Of a stretch of 64,000 bases of DNA, positions 1 to 12,032 are shown in pieces. Made by a program: the position numbers and the translations under genes. This DNA comes from Octopus bimaculoides. Taxonomy: Eukaryota. A model generated the notes under the pieces. It was not told where the DNA came from. It did not search any database and worked only from the letters and a program-made list of their open reading frames with translations. Location of the stretch: positions 82,119,504-82,183,503 of the forward strand of contig NC_068989.1 in assembly GCF_001194135.2 (NCBI RefSeq), read 5' to 3'. Position 1 is the stretch's first letter; each line of letters starts with the position of its first letter.

Positions 1-1025
1 AATTTAAATGACATAAAGATTGAAAGTTGCAGTTTCAGTGTTGTCAATAAACGATCAATAATTTTGATAAAATAAGGTAAGTTCATACACACGATGTGCC
101 CTGGAGGTCAGCTCTTATAGGTAAGATAATCTATTTTTGATCAGGTTCAGGTGGGATTGGAAGTTCAAATTTTAAAACAAATAGTGATAGAGAAGGTACA
201 CGGAGTATACACATTTTATATTTCCCACACATTATAAAAAAACTTAAAATATCTAGTCATTAGTCACCATGTATAGTACCATTTTATTCTTATTTAAAAT
301 TATCAGTATGGCATAACCTGTGGCAAAGAAATTACGCTAAATTAAACATTTTTACGAAGTTAATTCTTATTTTAGAGAGAGAAAGAAGTTTACGGTTTAA
401 AAAGCATTCATGGGATGTTTAATCTTATCACAGATCATTAATAGTTTATCTATAGAATGAGAAGAGAGAATTCCTTACATATAAATTAATACATCTGGGG
501 AAATCTGCCTTGCAAAAGAGTTCTTAATGTAGATACAATTACAGTCTTAACAATGAATGAATTTCACAAGCCATTTTCAGTATTTTCATTTTGGAAGCAG
601 ATAAAGTTTCAAGCTGTCATTCCATTTTAGTTTATCTTTTGTTATGAGTTAGGAAAGACTTCCTATGTGTTTATTCTACCATGACTGTTGTCGCTAGTTT
701 GTATGGATATTTGAAAAAGTTACAGCTAGAGTAATTCACACATGATATGACCTGATGGCCAGCCATTGTAGGGGAAACAGTCCATTCTAGATCAATATTA
801 GGTGGGATTGGAAATTTGAGTTTTAAGGTAGGTTCATGTATTATGAGAAAATGTGGGTACTATCATAGCAAGCAAGGTCCTTGTCCACCAGTTTCATATG
901 ACAGATCCCTTCTAAGATTCACTTGCAACCAGTATCTATCACAAACCTATTACAATATATCTGCTAACTCCACTATCAAACTAATCTTATGTAATATCAC
1001 ATGACTAGAAGCCTAGTCAAGAAAA

Positions 1026-1226
1026 TGTTGAATCCTTAAAATGTTGGATTGTTATAATGCCCACTTTGGTATACAGTATACTTATTAAAACCAGTGAAGA
1101 TACGACTATCTCTGACTGCCTACTATGTACTCTGGTACTTCACGTATTTTTCTTTGCTTATAGCGATTAGGTTATTCCATTTGTCATATGGGAGGGGTGT
1201 GCCTTTACTACTAATTCCTTACAACA
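1026..1226 (-). repeat. 3' LTR of the Gypsy element
   Basis: Begins TGT and ends ACA. Aligns end to end with 3709-3910 (roughly 80% identity by eye). A purine-rich PPT (minus-strand AAAAACTTGAAAGGAGAGC) abuts it at 1227-1245. Confidence 0.9.
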
Positions 1227-1683
1227 GCTCTCCTTTCAAGTTTTTCTAAGAAAATGTAATTTTATTTCACAATACTTTTTTTTATTCACCCCACCTCCCT
1301 TTTTTCAGGTGTTTTTCATACAATTTAATATTTTTTGAGCTTGGTATCTATTTTCAGGAACTCTATATGTTTTCTTTTCCTCTCACTCGTATGCCTGAGT
1401 TCAATCACCAGCAGTGGTGTTGATACTTAGAACATATTGTACAATCATTCCATCGGTTCCTCCAACTTCTTTAGTTCACTTTCCATGAATCTCTTTTCCA
1501 ATTGGTTCCCATGTCTCTTTTGTATGCTTTTTCTACTTTTTACCCAATACATCATTTTGCCTATACACTTGGTAATTATGCCATCATCCCAACTCTACTT
1601 TCCATTCTTGTATGCCCTGATATACACCTTTTTACCAACTTTAAAGAATCTTGCTGGTACTTCTTTTCTTGCCAGGCAGCAAT

Positions 1684-2530
1684 TTATTGAAGACTGATTT
1701 TACTTCCCCCGTAAACATCAGCTCCGCTGGTGACATACCTGCTGGTGTATTTGGATTTGGTGTCACACAGTACACTCTTAAGAATTGTTAGGGCTCTCTT
1801 GAAAGTATCAACAAAGTGTTCTGCCGGTCCGTTAGATCTGGGATGGTCTGGAGCAGTAGTTATATGTTCTACCATGAAAATTCCACAAAATTTTAAAAAT
1901 TCGTTAGACACAAATTGTGTTCCCTTGTCTGGGATGCCAAATCTCGCAAACAATTCGTGTAAAAAATTTGTCACAGTTGAGGAGGCTGGTTTTTTTACTT
2001 ACAAATTTCTGGCTATTTTGAGAAACTATCAACTACCACTAAGCAGTAAGAACCATTTAAAAGACCAGGGAAATTGATATGTAGTCTCGACCATGGAACA
2101 TCTACTTTTGAGTAATGTTTACTTTTTACCGTGGGCAATTTTTCGTTTTGTTTTGGCTTACATATAGGTATTCCATTCTGTTTTACTGCAATTTTTTGTT
2201 TCAATCCTTCAGCCACGTTTGAACCTTTAACTGAACCGACTATATTTCTACACAAAACACTTATGGGAGTATTCCATACTTTGAATATTTCCATCCACTC
2301 TTTGCCGAATAAATTGAGTGAACTTTTTAACACATATATCTTTGCCTTTTTTGTTTGACCTCGAAAGTTACATTACATATGAATTCACAGAAAAACTATA
2401 ATCTTTTTCCCTGTAACACCACATGCTACCTTTTTCAATTGAATTAATTTCAGCTTACTGACGTATTTCCAAGTATTTTCGTTTATAACGATGATATCAC
2501 TACCAGTGTCTTATTTCATTTTGACACCTG
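1684..2530 (-). pseudogene. Gypsy pol remnant: aspartic protease joined directly to integrase
   Basis: VKMK*DTGSDII (protease DTG motif, ~2490-2530). PWSRLHINFPGLLNGSYCLVVVDSFSK and FARFGIPD..GTQFVS...HITTAPDHPRSNGPAEHFVDTFKRAL (rve integrase core). Contains frameshifts and stops. Confidence 0.88.
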
Positions 2531-2830
2531 TATTCCTGATTTTCACCTTAATGAATTTCCTCATCATTATCTTACCAATTCCTTCCGATGACATACTATG
2601 TATTCTTTTTCCTTTGTTCTGACGTCTTTAGATGTCCAATATTTCCACAACAAAAACACATTGCTTTTTTAAATGGACAATTTTTCCTCAGGTGTATACC
2701 CCCACATGCAAAACATGGGTTTATTTCCTGATTTGTCATGCTTTTTAGAAAACACTTTATCTCTATTCTGACTATTTCACACTTGTTTTACTTGGAAACA
2801 ATCTTTACATTCAATTTCCTCTGTGTTGTG

Positions 2831-3560
2831 TCAAAATTTAACAATCCTTTCACATTCTTCTGACACTTGCTGTAGGGTTACATCCTGGTTTTGTTCCAGC
2901 TTAGCAAGAATCCTAGTTCTAACTTCTGTGTCTTTTTCTGCAGTTAGTCCCTGTGTAAAAATCAGGCATTTGAACATATCTGGCATTAATTTGTCCATCT
3001 TAAATTTCTTGCATTCCCTGTTTACTCTACCGGCATATGTGATGTAGTCCTTGTCATTGTTTTTCTTTATATTCAGACACTTCCAACATGTGTTGAACAA
3101 TGAATTTTTTTCACTAAAAAGTTTACATAATATATGTATTGTGTCATGAAAGCTTATGCCAGAAGCTTTTTTTGGGAGTACATAATTACTGTATTCTTCA
3201 TGTTCTTTTGCTGCCAGTTTTCTCAAGATCAAGCACATTTTCATCTCATTGTTCCAATCTTTACATACCTTCTCGAAGACTTGCTCATATCTTCTGTAGT
3301 ATGCTTCAGAGGTAACTCCTTCTCCAGGTTCATATTTGAACTGTGATGGAGTTCGCATGGAGATTGTTGAGAACACTTTTTCTGACTTTCCAGATGACTT
3401 CAGTAATTGCAGCATTTGTTGCTGTAATATTATTTGTTGTTGTTGCTCTTGCAGTTGTATCTGCTGTTGTTGTTGTTGCTTCAGCTATTGTTCTTGTAGT
3501 TGCAGCTGCTGCTGTTATTTCAGTTGCCGTTGTTGCTGTTTTTGCAACTTGAGCAAACTG
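2831..3560 (-). pseudogene. Gypsy gag remnant: Q-rich N-terminus with two stops, then a 194-codon open stretch at 2831-3415
   Basis: Peptide YYRRYEQVFEK...LRKL...YSNYVLPK...KLFSEKNSLFN...MFKCLIFTQGL resembles Mag/K02A2.6-type gag. A Cys/His knuckle remnant follows at ~2600-2720. Confidence 0.8.
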
Positions 3561-3708
3561 GCCAACAAATTTTCGATAATTTTACGTTTGTTTTTTTAGA
3601 AAATTCACACAACAAAAACTTTTGTGAGTTTATTAACTCCTCGTGAGTCGTTAGAATCCTCGTCAGGTTTATTAATCCTTCATGAGTTGTTTAAATCCTC
3701 GTTGCCAC

Positions 3709-3910
3709 TGTTATAGTACTTAAAATATTGAATAGTTATAACGCCCACTTCGGTATACAGTATACTTAGTAAAGCCACTAAAGACATGACTATCTCTGAC
3801 CGCCTACTACATACTCTGGTACTTCACATACTTCTCTTTACTTATAGTGACTAGGTTATTCCATTCATCACATGGGAGGGGTGTACCATTATTACAAATT
3901 CCCTTCAAAA
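3709..3910 (-). repeat. 5' LTR of the Gypsy element
   Basis: Homologous to 1026-1226. Followed on the minus strand by TGGCAACGAGGAT, one mismatch from the complement of the tRNA-Ser(GCU) 3' end (...ATCCTCGTCGCCA). Confidence 0.9.
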
Positions 3911-4859
3911 GAAAACAAAGACACTGTTTAGCCCCAGCTTAACCATGATCAGGCAGTTATGATAAATATCATTCTACCCATGATCATCAGATCATATATG
4001 CAAACAGACTACTCTGTGCAACATCATCCAATATGATCTATTCATAAAGATGGGAGAATGCAAACTGAGGGAGATTTGGCTGCTATTTCTAGTGTATAGT
4101 TTCTCTCCCTCTCTCTTTCTCACCCTCACTCTCCTTGGTTTCAAAGCAGGCATTGTTGTGAGTGAGGGAGTTCAGAGGTGAACAATGGCTGTCAGTTCTG
4201 TGATGTCATCAATAACTGTGACCGTGACAACACAAACAGTGACTAAACCATGATTTAGCTACACCCTGCTCACTTTGTAGAAACGTCAACGAAGGATAGG
4301 TGTGTGTGTGTGTGTGTGTGTGTATGTAAGTATATTTGTATATGTCTGCCTGAGTGTGTGTGTTTATGTGTGTGTCTGGTGCAGCCATCCGGTTCACCAG
4401 TCCTCAGTCAAACAAGCGGACGTTAAACAATGATGATGATATTTATATACACACACATGCAGACATAGACAATATGCACAGGCATATGGTTATTTACTTA
4501 TATTTGTGGGAATGAAAATATATTATCCATAACATTGCAGAATTGTGAATGTACACACACACACACACACACTCATTATTTGTCATTTTTGTTAAAGTCA
4601 TTATTGAAGAGAACTGGTGGCAGACAAGCATGGCAAATTAAACAACAGCAGCAGCAGCAGCAAGTTAGTGATGACATCATATGTCACATGACAAGATAAA
4701 CTACCACTGATGAAACTTGTAATTGTTACCTTTCACACACACACACACACATTGCATATATATGCATACAAATATGTGTGTGGTCAGATACTCACACATA
4801 CACACATATACATGTATATATACTTATATAAGCCAGGAAGAAGTATGACCAATACCATC

Positions 4860-5280
4860 TTCCTAATGATACAGCCGCAGGAGAAAATATCAAGCCAGGA
4901 ATAAGACTTTATACTTGGCATTTGTTGACTGAGAGAAGGCTTTTGACAGGGATCCCTGTTCTTCAATCTGGTGGTCATCAAGGAAGCTTGAAATAGACAA
5001 ATGGCTTCTGAGGGCTGTAAAAGCCTTGTCAGAATGTCAATCAACAAGGTAAGAGAGTTAGTAATGAGTACAGTGATGAAATCCAGCATTGAAGTCAGGG
5101 GTGCACCAGGGTTCAGTCCTCGGGCCCCCTTCTATATATATTATAGTCTTCCAAGCCATAAAAGAGATGTTTAAGAAAAGCTACTCATAGGAATTCCTTT
5201 TTGCTGACCTATTTCTTATAAGTGAATCTCTTGTAGAATTAGGAAAGTGGTTCCTGACTTGAGGAACATGCGTATGAGTG
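4860..5280 (+). mobile_element. RTE-clade LINE reverse transcriptase fragment
   Basis: Broken-frame translation follows the pattern LYLAFVDxEKAFDR...IWWSxRKL..DKWL.RAV...VHQGSVLGPL. Homologous to 28150-28420. Confidence 0.8.
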
Positions 5281-6034
5281 TATATATGAGTAAGTGAGTG
5301 ATGCAGAGCATATGTTAAGCATCATATATATTCTACCCACAGCTTGCATGATGGGATACTCCATTCATCAGCAGCCAACTAGAGATGACAACCTACTTCA
5401 TCACCTTCTGATAACATTGCTCCTATTAGTGGCACCAAGCAACACTGAAGCTACCACTGTAAGCATCAGTTATTTTGGCCCACTCTGTGGAATGCTTCCT
5501 CCTTCATCATTCACAGAACCACCACACTAAACTAAGAGCAGCTGAATCCATTCCAGCCATGCAGTAATTTTTTTTAGTTTACTACTCACTGATAATTTAT
5601 ATTTTCATTCTTGGGTTTGCTCATCTCTTTCCCTTGCTACTCACATACATTGCTTCACAACTCTTCTGCTTTGTAGCTTGTTCTTTCTCTTCAATCTGGC
5701 ATCGTCCTCTCAGCACATTCTCTTCTCAGTTTATGCTACTATTCCAGGATAGCCATTTCAGTTGAGCTTGACTTCTTAAATTTCCAAGTCGGATCCTACC
5801 ATCTCAACACTACATATTTGGCCTGGTTCACTGTCGGTTACGATGATGGGTGTTCCAGTTGGTCTGATCAATGGAACAACCTGCTCATGAATTTAATGTA
5901 CAAGTGGCTGAGTACTCCAGAGACATGCATACTCTCAACATAGTTCTCAGGGAGATTCAACATGACACACCAAGTGTGACAAAGCTGGCCTATTGAACTA
6001 TAGGTACAGCCCATTTTTCCAGCTGAGTGAACCA

Positions 6035-6335
6035 CCATCATCATCATCATCATCGTCGTTTAACATCCGCTTTCCATGCTAGCATGGGTTGGACAATTTG
6101 ACTGAGGACTGGTGAACCAGATGGCTACACCAGGCTCCAATCTGATTTGGCAGAGTTTCTACAGCTGGATGCCCTTCCTAACGCCAACCACTCCGAGAGT
6201 GTAGTGGGTGCTTTTACGTGCCACCAGCACGAAGGCCAGTCAGGAGGTACTGGCAACGGCCATGCTTGAAATGGTGTATTTTATGTGCCACCTGCATGGG
6301 AGCCAGTCCAACGGTACTGGCAATGAACTCGCTCG
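6035..6335 (-). mobile_element. SINE family C ((GAT)n-tailed), well preserved, ends at the gap
   Basis: (CAT)n CGTTTAACATCCGCTTTCCATGCTAGCATGGGTTGG...GGATGCCCTTCCTAACGCCAACCAC. Related copies at ~4380-4440, 8780-8940, 12735-12960, 14905-15225, 27920-28140, 31365-31520, 38590-38770, 46215-46390, 53510-53640, 60880-61070 and 63960-64000. Confidence 0.85.
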
Positions 6336-7934
6336 NNNNNNNNNNNNNNNNNNNNNNNNNNNNNNNNNNNNNNNNNNNNNNNNNNNNNNNNNNNNNNNNN
6401 NNNNNNNNNNNNNNNNNNNNNNNNNNNNNNNNNNNNNNNNNNNNNNNNNNNNNNNNNNNNNNNNNNNNNNNNNNNNNNNNNNNNNNNNNNNNNNNNNNNN
6501 NNNNNNNNNNNNNNNNNNNNNNNNNNNNNNNNNNNNNNNNNNNNNNNNNNNNNNNNNNNNNNNNNNNNNNNNNNNNNNNNNNNNNNNNNNNNNNNNNNNN
6601 NNNNNNNNNNNNNNNNNNNNNNNNNNNNNNNNNNNNNNNNNNNNNNNNNNNNNNNNNNNNNNNNNNNNNNNNNNNNNNNNNNNNNNNNNNNNNNNNNNNN
6701 NNNNNNNNNNNNNNNNNNNNNNNNNNNNNNNNNNNNNNNNNNNNNNNNNNNNNNNNNNNNNNNNNNNNNNNNNNNNNNNNNNNNNNNNNNNNNNNNNNNN
6801 NNNNNNNNNNNNNNNNNNNNNNNNNNNNNNNNNNNNNNNNNNNNNNNNNNNNNNNNNNNNNNNNNNNNNNNNNNNNNNNNNNNNNNNNNNNNNNNNNNNN
6901 NNNNNNNNNNNNNNNNNNNNNNNNNNNNNNNNNNNNNNNNNNNNNNNNNNNNNNNNNNNNNNNNNNNNNNNNNNNNNNNNNNNNNNNNNNTATGTAAATA
7001 GTGTAACTTTCAATGTTAGTAATGTCTTCAGTAATGCTCTTATATTGGTGTCTCCACATATAGGGGCTGTGTATGTGTATACATGCATTGTAATGTGTGT
7101 GTGTGTGTGTGCATACTAGAGGTATGCCTATCCGTATTCTGTGTTGTTTAGCCTCAGATCAGTTCTTAGAAAGTAAACTTATGATCTGTACCCCAGCCAT
7201 GGCCAACCCATGTTTTTCTTATATGCAGAGGGAGCCTAGGACCACAGTATCCAACGTGTCCTTCTTTAATAGAAGAGGGTGTGATTTGTGAAAGATTTTG
7301 CTGCTATTTCTGGCATCTAGAACAGCCATGTCAAGATTCCTTCAATAGCTCGTGTGTTGCATGTGTTGCATGTGTATGTGCATGTGTTGTGTGTGTGTAT
7401 TGTGGTATGATGTATATGAGCAAATTTATGTTTATGCATATGTATATATATGTGTATATGCAGTGTGCAAGCACAGCTAAATAGTTAAAGAGTTCTATTT
7501 GCAATGATGTAGTTCCAGGTTCAGTCCCACAGAGAAGTGGACAAAGTTCTCTCATAATCCCATATCAACCCAAACATTTTACACGTAATCAGCTAGGTGG
7601 AAACTGTGTGGAAGCCTTTCCAATGGAGATTCACTGTTGTCATGCTGAGTTTGGCAGACATTTACATCACAGGTACATATGCTTGTGGAGTACTCAGCCA
7701 CTTAAACTATAATACAACATAGGCAACACATGTAATTTAATGAAGCCAACCTTGTCCCACCAAGTGTGATAGTGATGGTTAAATTAACTGTAATCTCAGC
7801 TGCTGTCACTTGGGATTGAACCTGCTGTTTTTTTTCTGTTTTACAAATGTTTTGTTAAGTAGACAGCATCATAAAAATCAACAAGAAATTAAATTATTTG
7901 GTGTTATCTTACTGGAAGTGTAGACAGAGAGAGG

Positions 7935-8335
7935 GCGGTAGTGGTGAAGGTGGTAGTGGTGAAGGTGGTAGTGGTGGTAATGGTGGTGATGATGATGGTG
8001 GCAATAGTGATGATTGTGGTGATGATAAGCATAGTGGTAATGATGATGATGATGGAGGTGGTGATGGTGGCAGTGGGGTTGGTGTCAGAGCTACAAGCAC
8101 CACCACCTCCAACATTACCGTCGCTATGGTAGAAACATCACCACCACTACTAACGTTACCCCTCACCCACACCACCACAGATGCTGTAACATCATCATTC
8201 ACACTAACACCTCTACTATACCCAATACTATCACTACTGCTGCCTACACCAGCCTGTAATAATCCAGTGCCACTACAAATACCACCACCACCACCACCAC
8301 TGCCGCCGCTGCTGCCGCCACCACTACCGGCATCA
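7935..8335. repeat. Low-complexity (GGT/GAT)n block followed by an (ACC/GCC)n block
   Basis: Degenerate trinucleotide arrays visible directly. The G-rich and P-rich ORFs here are artefacts of the repeats. Confidence 0.85.
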
Positions 8336-9356
8336 GAGGAATTCTGATCAGTAGGGGTTTAGAAAAATATACACAGACAGACAGGGAGACAGAGACAGAG
8401 GAAGATGGATAGGCTGGCAAATGTATTTAGAGATATAGATACAGAGACAAGCATAAAGAGATGGGTTAGATTAACATACATGTATATGCAAGCACACACA
8501 CGTACACACTTGTATAATGTATATATGAGAGGGGAGAGAGAGAGAGAGAGAGAGAGAGGGAGTAGGTACATCTACCCTATCCACCTACCCCTAAGGTCAA
8601 TAGCAGTAATGATTAGGGTAAAGTATGTCTGTAATGTTGATATTGAAACAGCATACACACACACACAAACAGGAAGAGAGTGAGGGAAGGCAGCAACAGA
8701 CAAACACATACACACACACATGAAAACAAATGGACAATGATAGAGCCATACACACGCACACATACAAATATATACACCATCATCATCATTTAATGGTCTG
8801 TCCGTTTTTCTATGCTGACATGGGTTGGATGGTTTGACAGGATTCAGCAAGTCACAGGGCACTGTTGAGCTCTAATATCAGCTTTGCCATGGTTTCTACA
8901 ACTGGATGCCCTTCCTAATGCCAACCACTTTACAATGTGCATGTGTATATGCGTGTGTTTGTGTGTATGTATGTATATGTTTTAATCAATAAGTGACTGT
9001 GTTGGAGAGTCATGTTTTTAATTGTAGGTTTTTTTTTTGTAATTTCTTATTAGTTCTTTTACAACTAGTTTGGAACAATAAAATTCTTAAATACATATTC
9101 AATGTTTCTTGAACTTCACAGTCTCATTTTCAAGAATTGAATGTATTTAGCATTTCTGTTGTATCTTATATACTGGTCAAATTCTTGTAGACCTTTTCTG
9201 TCAAAGGTTTTATAACCACTAGGCTTCTACATCAACAACCTGATGTAGATTTGTTTTTTTGTTTTGTCAAATTTTTGACGATTAGATTTACATGCCAGTT
9301 ACCATATGCTAATTTTTTTTAGCTGTGTGTATTGCTTGCATATTTATATACATGCA

Positions 9357-9766
9357 GGCGCAAGAGTGGCTGTGTGGTAAGTAGCTTGCTTACCAACCAC
9401 ATGGTTCCGGGTTCAGTCCCACTGCGTGGCACCTTGGGCAAGTGTCTTCTACTATAGCCTCAGGCCAACCAAAGCCTTGTGAGTGGATTTGGTAGACAGA
9501 AACTGAAAGAAGCCCTATATATATATATATATATGTATGTATGTGTGTGTATATGTTTGTGTCTGTGTTTGTCCCCCCAACATTGCTTGACAACCAATGC
9601 TGGTGTGTTTACATAGCCGTAACTTAGCGGTTCGGCAAAAGAGACCTATAGAATAAGTACTAGACTTCCAAAGAATAAACCCTGGGGTCGATTTGCTCAA
9701 CTAAAGGCGGTGCTCCAGCATGGCTGCGGTCAAATGACTGAAACAAGTAAAAGAGTAAAAGAGTAA
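9357..9766 (+). mobile_element. SINE family A (tRNA-like head, internal TA/TG microsatellite, GTAAAAGA tail), full length
   Basis: GGCGCAAGAGTGGCTGTGTGGTAAGTAGC (A-box-like) ...GGTTCAGTCCC (B-box-like). Closely similar to copies at 34932-35346 and 57832-58228. Confidence 0.9.
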
Positions 9767-10704
9767 ATATACTTGTGACCAGTTAATTACTGGAGATGAT
9801 TTACTTGACTAAAACCATTCAAGGTGGTGCCCCAGTATGGTTGTAGCTTAATCACTGAATCAAGTAAATGATAAAAGACACAGAAGGTGGTGAGATGAAA
9901 GTAATTTTTAATCAAATGAAATATCATGACTTTAATGAGAAGAAAAGTGATTAGTGTTAATGAAAATTAATATCAAAAGACCAAGAGAGAGAACTCTCTA
10001 GATTTCTGCAATCTCAGTAAAACAGCTGGGAGACGCTTGTAGTTGTCAAATGTTGTTTTGTCTTCTAGCATCACAACTGTTACTATAGCAACATTCGCCA
10101 CCTCCACCACAAAGCTAAGTGATAGTGAAGGTGGTGGTGATCAAGATGAAGGATCATAGCTGTCATCTTAGCCATGATCAATCACACCCCAACCATGACC
10201 AAACAACCATTACCACAACATAAAGCAACCACCACCACCACCAACACCACTACTACCAATAGCTGCATCCAAACTTTAGTGCTAAATTATTAAGTGTAAA
10301 CAATGTTATGTTTATCCTGCTGTAGGGGTGGGATAAGGTGGGTGGTGGAGCTAGGGAGAGCTTAGACAAACTGCAGTAGTAGTAGTAGTAAAGGGAGGAG
10401 GAAAGTTAGCTAGAGTAGAGGGTGAAGAGAGTGACAGGGAGAGTTAACTAAAGTGAGGGGGAGAGTTAACTAAAGTGAGGAGAGATTAGAGACAGACAAA
10501 AATCGAAGTGGAGAAAAGGGCCTGAGGTATTTAGAGATCCATGAATGACTTGTAGAGAGAGAGAGAGAGGTGGGAGAAGAGAAGAGGGAGATAGGGGCAC
10601 ATAACACACAGGTTTATTTTAGAGGAAAGTGGCGAAGGCCTGTAACAGCAAAAATTAATGGAAAAGAGAGTTTATGGAATGTGGAATAATTTGAAATGTG
10701 AGGA

Positions 10705-11160
10705 ATAGAAAGTCTTCTGTTTTATGGATTTTGTCCTTTTTAATAGGTCTTATATTTTAGAACAATAGAAAGGCTTATGTTTTAAGGATCTTGTTCCCAC
10801 AAAAGTAGAAGGCCTTGTGTTTTTCAGGGATTTTGCGCCCTTTCAATAATAGGTCTTATATTTTAGAGATGTTGTTCCTACAAAGGTTTCTGTTTTCAGG
10901 ATCATGTCCCTTCAATAAAAGGGTTTATATTTTGGGGATTTTGTCTCTTCAATAATAGAAAGGCTTGTTTTAGGGATCTTATTCTTTCAATAATAAGTCT
11001 TATATTTTAGAGATGTTGTTCCTACAAAGGCTTCTGTTTTCAGGATCATGTCCCTTCAATAAAAGAAGGGCTTATATTTTTGGGATCATGTCTCTTCAAT
11101 GATAGAAAGGCTTATATGTCCGGGATCTTATTTCAACAAGAAGTTTTATGTTTAAGAGAT
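10705..11160. repeat. Degenerate minisatellite (~36-bp unit) with a ~144-bp higher-order period
   Basis: Recurrent TTCAATAATAGAAAGGCTTATATTTTAGGGATC-like units. The segments starting ~10847 and ~10991 are near-identical. Confidence 0.75.
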
Positions 11161-11874
11161 TTTTGTTAGTAGTGTCAGACAAAATTCATTGCTGTATTTA
11201 GTTACAGCCTGTTACGTTCTGCTGAGGTTATCTTAACCTTTCATCATTCCAAAACAGATGAAATAAGGGCACCAATCAAATACTGGAATTAGTTTAATTA
11301 ACTATTACCACTTCTCAATGATTGTTTCTATTATAAGCACAAAACCTGGCATGTTTAGTGGAGGGCAAAGTTGATTACATTGACCCCTGTACTCAACTGA
11401 TACTTACTTTATTGTCCTCTGCAGGATGAAAAGCCAAGTCATGCTTTGATAGCATTTGAACTCAGAACATAAAGCTGGTGGAAATGCTGCTAAGCATTCT
11501 GTCTGGTGTCCTAATGATTCTGCCAACAACAACAATAATATGCTCTGATGCAGAACTAGGCAGTGGCTCTTATGGTTTCTCGTCTTAACTGATTGGAGGT
11601 GTAATCATGTACATGATGGGTTACAGCCAATATTCCGCTCAGTACGCAGATTTGTTTGTTAGTTGTTTGATCCTAACCACTTGAGTATCTCTCTTAGTGA
11701 CTGATGATATGTGCATTTCGGATCATGAACAGGAGTAGTGGGGAAGCATCATAGCCATATGCTAAGAGGGATTATTTGGAGTTTGAGTATCACACCTCTG
11801 GAAATCAGGTTTCGTTCATCATCCTTAAATAAGCATAAAGATACACAACCATACACATGTATACACATACATGA

Positions 11875-12032
11875 TAGGCTTCTTTCAGTTTCCCCCCAAA
11901 AAAATCAACTCACACGACTTTGGTCAGCCCTGGGGCTATAGTAGAAGGAAGCTACCCAAGGTGCTATACAGTGAGACTGAACCTGGAACCATGTGGTTGG
12001 GAAGCAAACTTCTTACCACATAGCTATACCTG
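11875..12032 (-). mobile_element. SINE family A, old 5' half
   Basis: Diverged reverse complement of the family A head. Confidence 0.75.

Larger units (their letters stand above)
1026..3910 (-). mobile_element. Ty3/Gypsy (Mag / K02A2.6-like) LTR retrotransposon, internally deleted (no RT/RNaseH), degenerate
   Basis: Direct repeats of ~200 bp at 1026-1226 and 3709-3910, flanked by an identical 5-bp GAAAA (1021-1025 and 3911-3915). PBS-like and PPT-like motifs sit next to the LTRs. Gag, Cys/His knuckle, protease and integrase remnants follow in Gypsy order. Confidence 0.93.

Noticed and set aside
2831-3415. Gag ORF as a domesticated host gene
   Set aside because: It sits inside a complete TSD-flanked element, has stops immediately upstream in the same frame, and shows no independent expression signals. 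The open length is compatible with neutral decay.
6208-7119. Long ORFs spanning N-runs (also at 21643-22151, 32530-33558, 36139-36511 and 45667-46029)
   Set aside because: They are open only because N codons are not stops, so they are assembly-gap artefacts.
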